Source: Patescibacteria group bacterium (GTDB taxonomy: Bacteria > Patescibacteriota > WWE3 > UBA101185 > UBA10185). From it: 64,000 nucleotides of DNA. Shown here one piece after another: positions 38,194-47,690 of the stretch (positions are counted from its first letter, which is position 1; each line of letters begins with the position of its first letter). Location of the stretch: positions 602-64,601 of the forward strand of contig JBBAAW010000002.1 in NCBI GenBank assembly GCA_041658075.1, written 5' to 3'. Made by a program: the position numbers and the translations under genes. The notes beneath the pieces are model-generated. The model made no database searches and was not told where the DNA came from. It worked only from the letters and a program-made list of their open reading frames with translations.

Positions 38194-39426
38194 CTAAATA
38201 CTCACAAGTCCTACGTTAATAGCTCTGCTGGCTTCTGACAGAGCCGTGTATTTTTTCCCATCGGGGTCAATTTCCTTTAAAGCTAGAGCCACGGGTTCAA
38301 TATTATGCTGCATCCTTGCTTTCAAGAAATTCTCCAATCCCATATACTCTATGATTTCCTTAACGGTAGTGTATGAAGTCATATAATCCTGAGTAATCTC
38401 AGGAAGTGCCGCCCCCGTGCCTTTTTGTAACTGAAAATATACCGCCCACCCTTCCTCAATTGCTGATCGAGAAAATGACTCATTTACCCTAAGTAATTTA
38501 TGATTTGTTAGATCCATAACATCCTCTCTAAACCCCATTCTCACTAATTTCACAATATTGCTCGTTCTTCCCTCAGATGGAAGGTCCAGCAGTCCCAACT
38601 CGTCGATTAAATGGGCTGCTTCATGTCGCTGAGCAGAGCTCGCTCTAGCTAAAGAAGGTAAAACGCGCACGACTCCATCCACAAAAGTTAGGTCCGTGTC
38701 CATAATCGTTACTGCACAGCTTTCTCCTAAAGTGTTCGGAAAGGTTCTCATTCCCCCAAACCCAACCTCCAAAGTGGCCTTCTGCATTAACTGCCTATGT
38801 GAAGCTCCAGTCTCCGAGTCTGCCGCAAGAATTTCTTTATCCAAAATTGTCGGCGCAATTGTTAGCCACTCTTCTCGCGAAACAGCAATCATACTTCCAA
38901 CAATATTTCTCATTGCCAATCTACAGTCCTCAGGTACTAAATCCAGCAACTCGTTGTTTAAAGCCTCTAGCTCTCCTTCCAATTGTGATCTAGCATTTAG
39001 GAAATCTTGTCTCACGCCTTTAGCCCAAGCAATTTGAGTTTCAGCATCTGCGTTAACCAAACCAATAAAGAAATCTTTAGCTGGAAAAAAAATCGTTTGC
39101 TTACGCCCCATGCCCCGGCTTAATAACGATGGACCGAACCTTTCATCACCCAATAGATCGCATACCTCTATGTAATGTTTTGCGGTCTCATTGAATAATC
39201 CCGGTAGGACAACCCCTAAATCTTCATCAGCAATATCGTGCGTGGCGAGTGCCTCAAAGAACGACCTTACAGGTGTAAGGCTTCTCTCCCGAGAGTAGTC
39301 GAATATTTTGTTCAATTCCTCAGGATGCCACGTTGAATGGAGCGTCTCCAAAGCATCTTTTATTTCCTGACGAATTCCCTCTTTCTGCCAATACTCCTGT
39401 CCCTGAAATGTTTCATCTCTACTCAC
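38194..39426 (-). CDS. Hypothetical protein with a gluzincin-like HExxH...EG motif
   Basis: QRHEAAHLID and downstream AIEEGWA. Confidence 0.55.
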   Translation of the reverse strand: MSRDETFQGQEYWQKEGIRQEIKDALETLHSTWHPEELNKIFDYSRERSLTPVRSFFEALATHDIADEDLGVVLPGLFNETAKHYIEVCDLLGDERFGPSLLSRGMGRKQTIFFPAKDFFIGLVNADAETQIAWAKGVRQDFLNARSQLEGELEALNNELLDLVPEDCRLAMRNIVGSMIAVSREEWLTIAPTILDKEILAADSETGASHRQLMQKATLEVGFGGMRTFPNTLGESCAVTIMDTDLTFVDGVVRVLPSLARASSAQRHEAAHLIDELGLLDLPSEGRTSNIVKLVRMGFREDVMDLTNHKLLRVNESFSRSAIEEGWAVYFQLQKGTGAALPEITQDYMTSYTTVKEIIEYMGLENFLKARMQHNIEPVALALKEIDPDGKKYTALSEASRAINVGLVSI

Positions 39427-39498
39427 ATCATCAATATTATCAGATTGAGTAAAAATTCTCTTGACAGTTTTCTTATATCCGCTTATTGTAAATGTGTG

Positions 39499-40074
39499 AT
39501 GAGAAGTAATGAAACATCTCTTAGTATTCGAGAAGTCCCTGCTGAAGCTGTTACTCCGGAAGTAAGGCGAGAATTTGAAGTAATTAACATTGCAGCCGCT
39601 GGCAGCTTTATGGGTCGACTTAGGGAAATTTCCAATGATGAAGAGGCAAAAGCAGCTTTAGCGGCGTGTGCGAGAATCCCTGTTAACGCAGCTCTAGCGG
39701 CTTTGGACGCTTTTCCTATAATTGGGGAGGCGGTAAGTATGAGTAATCTAGGCATGAAAGGGTTGCGTGTAATAGCTCCGTTCTTAAAAAAAGTTGATCC
39801 TACACCTGATGTTGGCCTTGTCTCTACGGGACTTATGGAAGCAGGATTAGCCCCTGTCGAGTTGGCGACGGGTGGAATGTTTCCGTCCTTTTTAGTGAAC
39901 GGCCTCAGACAAGCCCAGATAGATTTTAAGAGAGGGCATTTTGATAACGCTGGAAAGGTTCTTGGCTATTTATTTACAGGTAACGAACGTTATAGACAAG
40001 AGCTGCAGGATAAAGGTCTGCTTTTGAACAGTGCAGCGAACGTTTTCTTACTAGGAAAGGAGTCGCACGACTAA
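39499..40074 (+). CDS. Hypothetical protein
   Basis: Likely start ATG 39499 (MRSNETSL); divergent from 38194..39426. Confidence 0.55.
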   Translation: MRSNETSLSIREVPAEAVTPEVRREFEVINIAAAGSFMGRLREISNDEEAKAALAACARIPVNAALAALDAFPIIGEAVSMSNLGMKGLRVIAPFLKKVDPTPDVGLVSTGLMEAGLAPVELATGGMFPSFLVNGLRQAQIDFKRGHFDNAGKVLGYLFTGNERYRQELQDKGLLLNSAANVFLLGKESHD

Positions 40075-40312
40075 AGAAGAAAGACAAATAAAAGTAGAGG
40101 CGCTTCTAACACTTATGGAGTATTCTCTGATCGTTGCACCAGATCTAAAAGAGGCCATCAAAACTAATATAAATGATATTACTGACACAGAACTTAGTGG
40201 TTTAGGCACACTTCTTGCACTTGAGCATAAACACCGGGACAAGCTAGATGCAACAATGGTCACAACATTTTTTGAAACGTTGGAAAAGTACAAACCTCAG
40301 GAAGCAAAATAG
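40067..40312 (+). CDS. Small hypothetical protein (ACG or ATG start)
   Basis: AAGGAG SD precedes an in-frame ACG at 40067; the first ATG is at 40115. Confidence 0.45.
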   Translation, partial: TTKEERQIKVEALLTLMEYSLIVAPDLKEAIKTNINDITDTELSGLGTLLALEHKHRDKLDATMVTTFFETLEKYKPQEAK

Positions 40313-40357
40313 GCTACTATTAACCTCAACCAACTATTTTTCTGTTAGTATAAATGT

Positions 40358-40939
40358 ATGTTTAGATTCATTAATGGAATTGGGTTTCATGAAAACAAAG
40401 ATTTAAAGGCTTTATATCTAATTAACGGCATATTTATTTTTGCCAGTTCCCTGCTTGGACCTTTATATGCTTTGTACGTTGGTGGCATCAAATCAGGACC
40501 TTTGGCTGTTAGCTTTTCGTGGGCAGTTTTTGTTTTAGCAGCCTCCTTATTTCTAGCTATACTATCCGCATATGGCGACAGACTAAAGAATAGAGCTTTG
40601 GCCGTGTGTATAAGCTTTCTAATAAGAAGCGTTGCGTGGTTTGGCATGGCTTTTATTACTACATTTATACAGCTCTTAGTGATTCAAATCGTTCTTGCGT
40701 TAGGTGACGCCTTAGGAGGACCCACGTTTGATGCGCTTCTGGCAGAACACCTGGATCGAAACAAGCATGTTCATGACTATGCCGACTGGAGAATCTTAGC
40801 ATACCTAGCTATAGGAGTGGGAACACTGGCTGGGGGTTACTTAATGGATATCTATGGGTTTAGAATTTTATTTATATCGATGTCAGTTTTAGCACTCTTA
40901 CCGACTGTTGTTATTTACTTTAAAATGGTTAAAAAGTGA
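40358..40939 (+). CDS. Half-size (6-TM) MFS-like transporter
   Basis: 193 aa, YGDRLKNR loop, GTLAGGYLMDIYGF. Confidence 0.7.
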   Translation: MFRFINGIGFHENKDLKALYLINGIFIFASSLLGPLYALYVGGIKSGPLAVSFSWAVFVLAASLFLAILSAYGDRLKNRALAVCISFLIRSVAWFGMAFITTFIQLLVIQIVLALGDALGGPTFDALLAEHLDRNKHVHDYADWRILAYLAIGVGTLAGGYLMDIYGFRILFISMSVLALLPTVVIYFKMVKK

Positions 40940-41001
40940 TTGTTGAGTGTATAATACGTGCTAGCTAGCGATTCGATCAGTAAAGTGCAGAGGAGGAAAT
41001 T

Positions 41002-41250
41002 ATGTGGAAAGTCAAAAGTCTGCAGATCCCGGCGGCCGGGTCCGGCAGAGCAATCAGGGAGTTTTGGACGCTGGTGGATGAGAAAACTCAAAGGTACATG
41101 AAACGAGGTCCTCTCTCGGGCATCTTTGCTCCTGGTTCCCTGAGTAAGCCTATCGCGACAACCGATAGGGCGACAGATGCCCACGTCTGGGGAAGTTTTT
41201 CCGAGTTAACCTCGTGGGCCCGGGGCAGAAACATACCCTTTCGTGTCTGA
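41002..41250 (+). CDS. Orphan 82-aa protein (small-gene unit B)
   Basis: TATAAT at 40950, GAGGAGG SD, 3' hairpin. Confidence 0.65.
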   Translation: MWKVKSLQIPAAGSGRAIREFWTLVDEKTQRYMKRGPLSGIFAPGSLSKPIATTDRATDAHVWGSFSELTSWARGRNIPFRV

Positions 41251-41260
41251 CCGTTAGGTC

Positions 41261-41313
41261 AAAGAGGCGCTTTGCGCAGCGATCTATTTTTTGCTGTACC
41301 AAGCGCCCTCTTT
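41261..41313 (+). terminator. Long 3' hairpin
   Basis: AAAGAGGCGCTT...AAGCGCCCTCTTT with inner CAGC/GCTG pairing. Confidence 0.6.
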
Positions 41314-41409
41314 ACGTATATTAACCCAAATTCTAATAGTACTTGTTTCTCTCTTCTTTTTGGTGTAAAATGATTAAGTCCAGTAGCCCAACCAAATGAG
41401 GAGGTCGAC

Positions 41410-41586
41410 ATGTCAGATCCAAATGCCCCCAAAAGGGGCAAAGCTTTTGTCATCGCGTTCCCTTGGGCAAAATCCGCAAAGAAGCAGAAGCGAGTCTGCG
41501 AAACGTGCGGAAAGCCGGTGGCTAAAGCCGCCACCAGATGTGGGAACTGCGGATCCATCGAATTGAAGCTCGTGGACGAGGACTAA
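41410..41586 (+). CDS. 58-aa zinc-ribbon protein (not in ORF track)
   Basis: GAGGAGG SD; MSDPNAPKRGKAFVIAFPWAKSAKKQKRVCETCGKPVAKAATRCGNCGSIELKLVDED*; CxxC-x10-CxxC. Confidence 0.7.
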   Translation: MSDPNAPKRGKAFVIAFPWAKSAKKQKRVCETCGKPVAKAATRCGNCGSIELKLVDED

Positions 41587-41619
41587 CCGCAGAAAAGGAC
41601 CAGTTCGAATAGCTACCAA

Positions 41620-41665
41620 GGGGGTTACATTGAAAGGCATCAACCATTCCTTTTAATTAACCCCC
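41620..41665 (+). terminator. 3' hairpin after the zinc-ribbon gene
   Basis: GGGGGTTA...AAAGG...CCTTT...TAACCCCC. Confidence 0.5.
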
Positions 41666-41756
41666 CAGATTTTTCATAAAAACTTTTTCCCCTTACCACC
41701 TGTTTCATTTATTTCACGACCTATTAATTCATTGAGTAGTTTACATAAAAGGCGAT

Positions 41757-41799
41757 GGCGGTTACTCTTGTTTCAAATGTGGAAACAAGCTTAACCGCC
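41757..41799. terminator. Hairpin
   Basis: GGCGGTTA/TAACCGCC outer stem and CTTGTTTC/GAAACAAG inner stem. Confidence 0.55.
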
Positions 41800-42009
41800 T
41801 GCAGTTCAACCACTCAAGTCCTTCTCTTTTTGAAGACCAGTTTGCACGGCTGGATTGTGTCTCCGAGCGTCAGTCTCAACTGAATCCCCCAACTTATGCC
41901 CACAATCCACACAATACCATCGTGGCAAATTAATCGCTTATGACACACACAACAGCAAGGTATATAATGCATATCAGAAGAAGGTCTAGGCTCGCGGCAG
42001 GAGGACGCC

Positions 42010-42213
42010 ATGCTCATTATCAAATGGACGGGAGTTTTCGAAAAGCACGGGAAGAAACGCATACACCGTCAAACCTTTTGGTGTAAAAGCCAAAAGTTGT
42101 GGGAAAGCAAGAGAAGGCAAGATGCCGTTAGGAGAATGATAAAAACCATTGAAGAACAGGGATTCCACTTTGAACGTGCAGCTGTCACAATCTCCACGAT
42201 CTCAGAGAAGTAG
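42010..42213 (+). CDS. Orphan basic 67-aa protein
   Basis: TATAAT at ~41963, AGGAGG SD, 3' hairpin at 42232-42281 (TTGGGGGAC/GTCCCCCAA). Confidence 0.6.
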   Translation: MLIIKWTGVFEKHGKKRIHRQTFWCKSQKLWESKRRQDAVRRMIKTIEEQGFHFERAAVTISTISEK

Positions 42214-42330
42214 CACCGGGCCAGGGATATCTTGGGGGACAACATCAGGTCGCGCATATGCCGATCTCTGAAGTCCCCCAACATCTACCCAAGTATTGCG
42301 AAATACCTTCTAGAACTAATATAATCTCTT

Positions 42331-43290
42331 GTGCCAAATTTTTGGAAAACACTCAAAACACCAATAACCGCCCTTGCGCCCATGGATGACGTTACAGACT
42401 TTGTCTTTAGAGAAATTGTGGCAACCACTGCAAAGCCCAATGTACTATTTACGGAATTTACCAGCACGGATGGACTCTTTTCCAAGGGACACGATAAAGT
42501 AGCTAGAAGGTTGTTGTTTTCGGAAGTTCAGCGCCCAGTAATCGCTCAAATTTGGGGAGCGACACCCGAAAATTATGAAAAAGCCGCTAAATTTATTGAG
42601 GAACTCGGCTTTGACGGAATCGATATCAACATGGGCTGTCCCGATAAAGGTGTGATGAAGAAAAATTCTGGCGCTTCTCTAATAAATAACAAGCAACTAG
42701 TTTCAGAAATAATCAACGCAGTAAGAGCGGGCTCGCCGAACATACCGCTTAGCGTAAAAACAAGGCTGGATACAGATCAGGAATTAACCAAAGAATGGAT
42801 ATCATTTCTTTTGTCGAGAAACATTGACACTCTGATAATTCACGGAAGAAAAGCCGAGGCTATGTCCAAAGAAAAAGCAAATTGGGAAGAAATTGCTAAA
42901 GCTGTGAAACTTAGAGATAAAATTAATCCGGAAATTCTTATAATCGGAAACGGGGATGTCAGCAGTTACAAAGAGGTCTTAGAGAAACGAAATAATTACG
43001 GTGTGGACGGAGTAATGATTGGGAGAGGGATATTTCACAATCCTTGGATTTTTGAAAAGAGTAAAAATCCTTTAAAACACACTAAGAAAGAATACATCGA
43101 CCTGTTAAAACGTCACGTTGATTTGTTTAATGACACATGGGGCAAGACAAAAAACTTTGAACTTATGAAAAAGTTTTTCAAGATCTACGTTAAGGAATTT
43201 AAAGGCGCAGACGACCTGAGACAAAAATTAATGGAGTGCCGAAGTTATGAGGAGGTAGGCTGCGTGATCAACGCAAATCAGTCCCTTTGA
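42331..43290 (+). CDS. tRNA-dihydrouridine synthase (Dus family)
   Basis: LAPMDDVTD, IDINMGCP, SVKTR, HGR, GNGD and GVMIGRG motifs. Confidence 0.92.
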   Translation: MPNFWKTLKTPITALAPMDDVTDFVFREIVATTAKPNVLFTEFTSTDGLFSKGHDKVARRLLFSEVQRPVIAQIWGATPENYEKAAKFIEELGFDGIDINMGCPDKGVMKKNSGASLINNKQLVSEIINAVRAGSPNIPLSVKTRLDTDQELTKEWISFLLSRNIDTLIIHGRKAEAMSKEKANWEEIAKAVKLRDKINPEILIIGNGDVSSYKEVLEKRNNYGVDGVMIGRGIFHNPWIFEKSKNPLKHTKKEYIDLLKRHVDLFNDTWGKTKNFELMKKFFKIYVKEFKGADDLRQKLMECRSYEEVGCVINANQSL

Positions 43291-43306
43291 CATCACACGA
43301 TTATTT

Positions 43307-44590
43307 ATGCAGACTGTGCTTATGAAAAGACCTGAGAACGGACATGTTGTACTAAAGTTATTTCTTGCTATGTTTGTGGTCCTGTTCCTTTCCGTAACAG
43401 CTTCTTTAATTATTACCAAGGAACAAGTTTTCAGAAATCATAGAGCTGACTCAAACCCAAGCAAAGTGCCAGAATCCACTACGTCCGCGAAAATCGAAGA
43501 ACCTATTGAATCCACCCCAGCAGCAGAGCTTGCAGTACTCGCTGCAGAGCAAAAGCCCACCGAATCCAGCAAATCTACGAAAGTACTAGGAACAGAGGAT
43601 GCCAGCGGTCAGGTCTTTTATAGTCGAACAACTGCAAATAACAAAGTGGGCATGTACGTTCACAATATTACCGACGATATTAAAGCTGCAGCCAAACTTA
43701 TCAACAGCGGTGGGGGTAAATGGGGCTACGTACTCTTAACAATGGATATCAAAGATGGTAACGAATCGTATTGGCAAGAACTCTTTGATGCCGCATCAAA
43801 AAGTCAACTGATTCCCATTGTACAGATTTCTAATAACAATGTGTGCAAGCCGGATAAGATGGACTTTGAAGAACTAGCCAAAACTTTAAATAGCGTAAAA
43901 TGGCCCAGCAAACATCGTTACATTACTGTTTTTAACGAAATGAATTCCAAGGACTACTGGTGCCAAAAAATCGCGCCGGAAGAATACGCCCAAGCCTTAG
44001 ATAAAGCTATCAAGGCCTTTAAAAAGAAAAGCGATAGATTTTTTATCATGCCTGGGGCATTTAACAGTAGCGCGCGAACACAGGATAGGTACTTGAGTGA
44101 AGACGCGTATCTTTCCAGAATGGATAAAGCGGTTCCGGGAATTTTTAAAAAGATCGACGGCTGGGCAACTCATTCTTATCCTCACCCCAATTTTAGCGGA
44201 GATATAAATAACTTACCCGCCGGTTACAGTGCTCGTGACACAATAAATAACTACACATGGGAATTAGGTCTACTTAAAAAGTATTTTGGCGTGGGACCTT
44301 TGCCGGTATTTATTACTGAAACGGGCTGGTTACATAAAGAAGGGCAAAACGGCTGTGTTCAATATTCTCAAAGTAATCTTTTATCGACAGAAACCGTGTC
44401 TAAAAGATATAAAGATGCCTTTGTAAATTATTGGTTAAATGATGTAAGAATAGTGGCTGTTACCCCGTTTATTTTTAGAAGCAGCGATCCGTGCGCTTCA
44501 GGATTTGCCTGGCAAAAATCGGACGGAAGCTGGTATCCACAAGCAAAGATGCTTATGGCAATTCCAAAGACCGCGGGAAGCCCCGATTAA
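43307..44590 (+). CDS. Membrane-anchored clan GH-A glycoside hydrolase-like protein
   Basis: TM plus linker, GGKWGYV, FNEMN, ATHSYP and VFITETGW. Confidence 0.65.
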   Translation: MQTVLMKRPENGHVVLKLFLAMFVVLFLSVTASLIITKEQVFRNHRADSNPSKVPESTTSAKIEEPIESTPAAELAVLAAEQKPTESSKSTKVLGTEDASGQVFYSRTTANNKVGMYVHNITDDIKAAAKLINSGGGKWGYVLLTMDIKDGNESYWQELFDAASKSQLIPIVQISNNNVCKPDKMDFEELAKTLNSVKWPSKHRYITVFNEMNSKDYWCQKIAPEEYAQALDKAIKAFKKKSDRFFIMPGAFNSSARTQDRYLSEDAYLSRMDKAVPGIFKKIDGWATHSYPHPNFSGDINNLPAGYSARDTINNYTWELGLLKKYFGVGPLPVFITETGWLHKEGQNGCVQYSQSNLLSTETVSKRYKDAFVNYWLNDVRIVAVTPFIFRSSDPCASGFAWQKSDGSWYPQAKMLMAIPKTAGSPD

Positions 44591-44600
44591 AACCAAAAGA

Positions 44601-46409
44601 TCAGACTATTTTTTTGGAAGAGCGGTGTCTTAAATTAGGATCCAGGATTCTTTTTCTAAGTCGTAAGTTCAAAGGAGTAACTTCTAAAAGCTCGTCGTCC
44701 TCCAAAAAATCTAGACACTGTTCCAAACTCATTTCAACGTGCGGAGGTAAAACTATTCCCTCCTCTCCTACTGAGCGATTATTGGTAAGCTGCTTTTCTT
44801 TGCAAACATTTACCTCCATATCTTCATCACGTGCGTTAAGCCCCACAATCATTCCCTGATAAACCATAGTTTGGGGTGGAATAAAAACAGGACCTTTGTC
44901 GTGCGCCACTACAAGACCGTAAGCAACCGCTTTTCCTGTGGAGGAGGCAATAATAACGCCTTTTCTAAGTTTAGATATTGGCGCACCAGCCTTTTCGTGT
45001 CGCAAAAATACCGAATTAACCACCGCTGTACCTTTAGAAAGGGTAAGTAAAGCTCCCCGCAAACCCAAAATTCCGCGGGTGGTAATTTCAAAAATTAGTC
45101 GTGTGGAAGTTTCTGTGAGGTCTTCTTGTAAAATTAAAACGCCCCGCCTTCTACCAAGTTCGCTTTTTACTGCTCCAAGGTATGTATTTTCCACATCCAC
45201 ACAAAGCTCCTCCACAGGCTCCATTTCCATGCCATCTACCGTTTTTGTTATGACTTTAGGCTTTCCCACACTTAACTCAAAACCTTCGCGTCTTAAAGTT
45301 TCCAAAAACACGCTTAAATGCAACTCGCCACGACCTGATAACATATACTGCCCGTCCTCTGTAATTTTAAACCTCATAGCAATATTTGTTTGGACTTCTT
45401 TTTCAATCCGTTCCAAAACTTGTCGACCTGTTAAAAACTTGCCTTCTTTACCCATAAATGGTGAGGTGTTTGGACCAATTGAGATGCTTAAAGTTGGTTC
45501 TTCTACAGAAATTGTAGGCAAGGCAACGGGATCTTTGGGATCGGCGATAGTATCTCCTATGGAAGCATTTTTAATACCGGTTAATGAAACAATGTCTCCG
45601 GCTATCCCCTCTTCTGTTTCCATCCTTTTAAGACCTTGATTAACAAAGACTTTTTCTATTACGACTTTCTCCTTTGCACCATTACTTTTAATTAAAACTG
45701 CCTGTGATTCTGCCCTAACAACACCGCGGGTAATTCGGCCAATGGCGTATTTTCCTTTGAAATTATCCCAATCCAATGTTGAAATCAGCATCTGAAAAGG
45801 CTCGTCGATGTTTGATGATGGAGCCGGAACGTACTGCAAAATAGCATCAAAAATCGGTGCAAAATCCACGCGTGCATCGTCAACCTCTTTCCAAGCTTTG
45901 CCGTCCCGTCCAATGGCGTAAAGGATCGGGATTTCTAATTGCGACTCGTGTGTTGCCAACTCCAGAAAAAGGTTATGGATCTTTTTTAACGTCTCTTCAA
46001 CCCGAGCATCTTTTTTGTCGATTTTGTTTATTACCACAATAATCTTTAGTCCTAAATCAAGTGCTTTTTTAAGAACAAACCGAGTTTGTGGCATAGGTCC
46101 CTCCTGCGCATCCACAACCAAAAGCGCACCATCTGCCATATTCAAGGTGCGCTCTACTTCTCCACCAAAGTCTGCGTGCCCGGGCGTGTCAATAATATTG
46201 ATTTTTACATCTTTGTAATTTACAGCTGTATTTTTGGCTAAAATCGTAATTCCGCGCTCGCGTTCCTGGTCGTTGGAATCCATTATTAAATCCTGCGACA
46301 TATAAAGCTCGTTTTCCCTAAAAGTTTTGGACTGTTTTAAAAGTCCGTCCACAATAGTGGTTTTACCGTGATCTACATGCGCAATTATTGCAATATTTCG
46401 TATGTTCAT
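44601..46409 (-). CDS. typA: Translational GTPase TypA/BipA
   Basis: [46 protein letters not shown] and ELLEVTP motifs. Confidence 0.96.
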   Translation of the reverse strand: MNIRNIAIIAHVDHGKTTIVDGLLKQSKTFRENELYMSQDLIMDSNDQERERGITILAKNTAVNYKDVKINIIDTPGHADFGGEVERTLNMADGALLVVDAQEGPMPQTRFVLKKALDLGLKIIVVINKIDKKDARVEETLKKIHNLFLELATHESQLEIPILYAIGRDGKAWKEVDDARVDFAPIFDAILQYVPAPSSNIDEPFQMLISTLDWDNFKGKYAIGRITRGVVRAESQAVLIKSNGAKEKVVIEKVFVNQGLKRMETEEGIAGDIVSLTGIKNASIGDTIADPKDPVALPTISVEEPTLSISIGPNTSPFMGKEGKFLTGRQVLERIEKEVQTNIAMRFKITEDGQYMLSGRGELHLSVFLETLRREGFELSVGKPKVITKTVDGMEMEPVEELCVDVENTYLGAVKSELGRRRGVLILQEDLTETSTRLIFEITTRGILGLRGALLTLSKGTAVVNSVFLRHEKAGAPISKLRKGVIIASSTGKAVAYGLVVAHDKGPVFIPPQTMVYQGMIVGLNARDEDMEVNVCKEKQLTNNRSVGEEGIVLPPHVEMSLEQCLDFLEDDELLEVTPLNLRLRKRILDPNLRHRSSKKIV

Positions 46410-46495
46410 AGCGTCATCCTTAAGCAAACCGTTATTATACACTTTTTTAGCATAAAATATTATTTTTGGCGTAAAGTCGGCGTTGCTGATATTAT

Positions 46496-46820
46496 TTAGA
46501 ACTTCGCTGTTTGAAGCGCGCTAAAGCGTTTGTAATAAACTTCATAGTATTTATTTGCACTAATTATGTTGTTATGAAATCTACTGGACTTTGAACCGGA
46601 ATACAGATACACCCCGTATTGGTTTTCTTTTATCGCGTTCTCGACAAATTCGTTGCCCCCACTTTTTAGGTAAGCACCCTTCCCATTAAACGCAATGTAA
46701 TTGTTTTTAACCTGGTTTTCTTGGGCGTTGTCGTAAAAATAAAAACCATATTCTGAATTACTTGTTACATTATTATTCACAAACACATTACTCTGAGAGT
46801 TTTGGTTAACTCTCAACAGT
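46496..46820 (-). pseudogene. Fragment of a right-handed parallel beta-helix (NosD-like) protein
   Basis: Repeats NNNVTSNSEYGFYF, NNYIAFNGKGAYL and ENAIKENQYGVYL; too short for a full domain. Confidence 0.5.
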
Positions 46821-46904
46821 ACTACCACCAAACCTGCTAAACTTTTTACAACCAAATCCTTAAATTTTTTGGTATTCACAAACGAATTATATTATACTTT
46901 TGAG

Positions 46905-47456
46905 ATGAAAGAAAAAACGATAAAAACTATCATTTCAATTATTGGACTGGCTTTAGGTGTACTGCTTCTATTTTTTGTAGCTAAAAATATTCGTGACGCA
47001 GAAAACATTATTTTAAAAGCGGGGGTGGCGGGGCCCGCAGTAGCAATTTTATTGTATGCGCTCTTTGCTCCTACCCCAGTGCCAACCGATTCTCTGACCC
47101 TCATTTGCGGAGCTATATACGGTCCGTTCTATGGAACCGCTATAGCTTGGATGGGCAACAATATAGCTGCCTTGGTTGAATACTTTATAGGCGCGCGCAT
47201 CCGTCAAGATATAGATTTTGAAAAAGAAAGAAAGAAACTCCCTTTTGGGCTTGGCAAACTGCCCATAGACTCTATTCCTGTTTTGACTTTGGGAAGAATG
47301 TTACCATTTTACGGATCCAAGGTCATCAGCATTATGGCCGGAATGTACGGAGTTCCTTACAAACGCTATATATGGACGTCAGCGCTGGTTAACTTAACAG
47401 GCGCTATAATGCTTTCTTTAGGCGGTCACGAGCTATTTTATTTATTGCGACATTAA
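46905..47456 (+). CDS. VTT/TVP38 (DedA superfamily) membrane protein
   Basis: PTPVPTDSLTLICGAIYGPFYG, GRMLP and AGMYGV motifs. Confidence 0.8.
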   Translation: MKEKTIKTIISIIGLALGVLLLFFVAKNIRDAENIILKAGVAGPAVAILLYALFAPTPVPTDSLTLICGAIYGPFYGTAIAWMGNNIAALVEYFIGARIRQDIDFEKERKKLPFGLGKLPIDSIPVLTLGRMLPFYGSKVISIMAGMYGVPYKRYIWTSALVNLTGAIMLSLGGHELFYLLRH

Positions 47457-47484
47457 ACTGCTTATTATAGTACTCAAAACAACA

Positions 47485-47514
47485 AAAAAGATCCCGCATG
47501 AGCGGGATCTTTTT
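47485..47514. terminator. Bidirectional intrinsic terminator
   Basis: AAAAAGATCCCGC-ATGA-GCGGGATCTTTTT between convergent genes. Confidence 0.85.
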
Positions 47515-47531
47515 AAATAACCATTAACCGG

Positions 47532-47579
47532 TTATTTCTTTTTCTTCTTTCCAGCTTTTTTCTTTTTTGCTGCGGGCAC
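47532..47579 (-). CDS. 15-aa Lys-rich micropeptide MPAAKKKKAGKKKKK (not in ORF track)
   Basis: GTG start preceded by GAGGGGGTG; TATAAT at ~47621-47626 (minus); terminator just downstream. Confidence 0.6.
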   Translation of the reverse strand: MPAAKKKKAGKKKKK

Positions 47580-47690
47580 TACAAACACCCCCTCAGGGCA
47601 GAGCTTAGAAGCATAACGAAATTATACTTTTTTAGCCCACAAATTATTACCTAGTTTTATTAAAGATGATTTTTTCAATAAGTCAATACT

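Noticed and set aside
41259-41643. Minus-strand ORFs of 99 and 76 aa
   Set aside because: They overlap the better-supported plus-strand zinc-ribbon gene and hairpins.
44938-45639. Long antisense ORFs (this 233-aa one, and others opposite hisS, mgtA, the Clp ATPase and polA)
   Set aside because: Shadow frames of conserved genes with no recognisable motifs or initiation signals.
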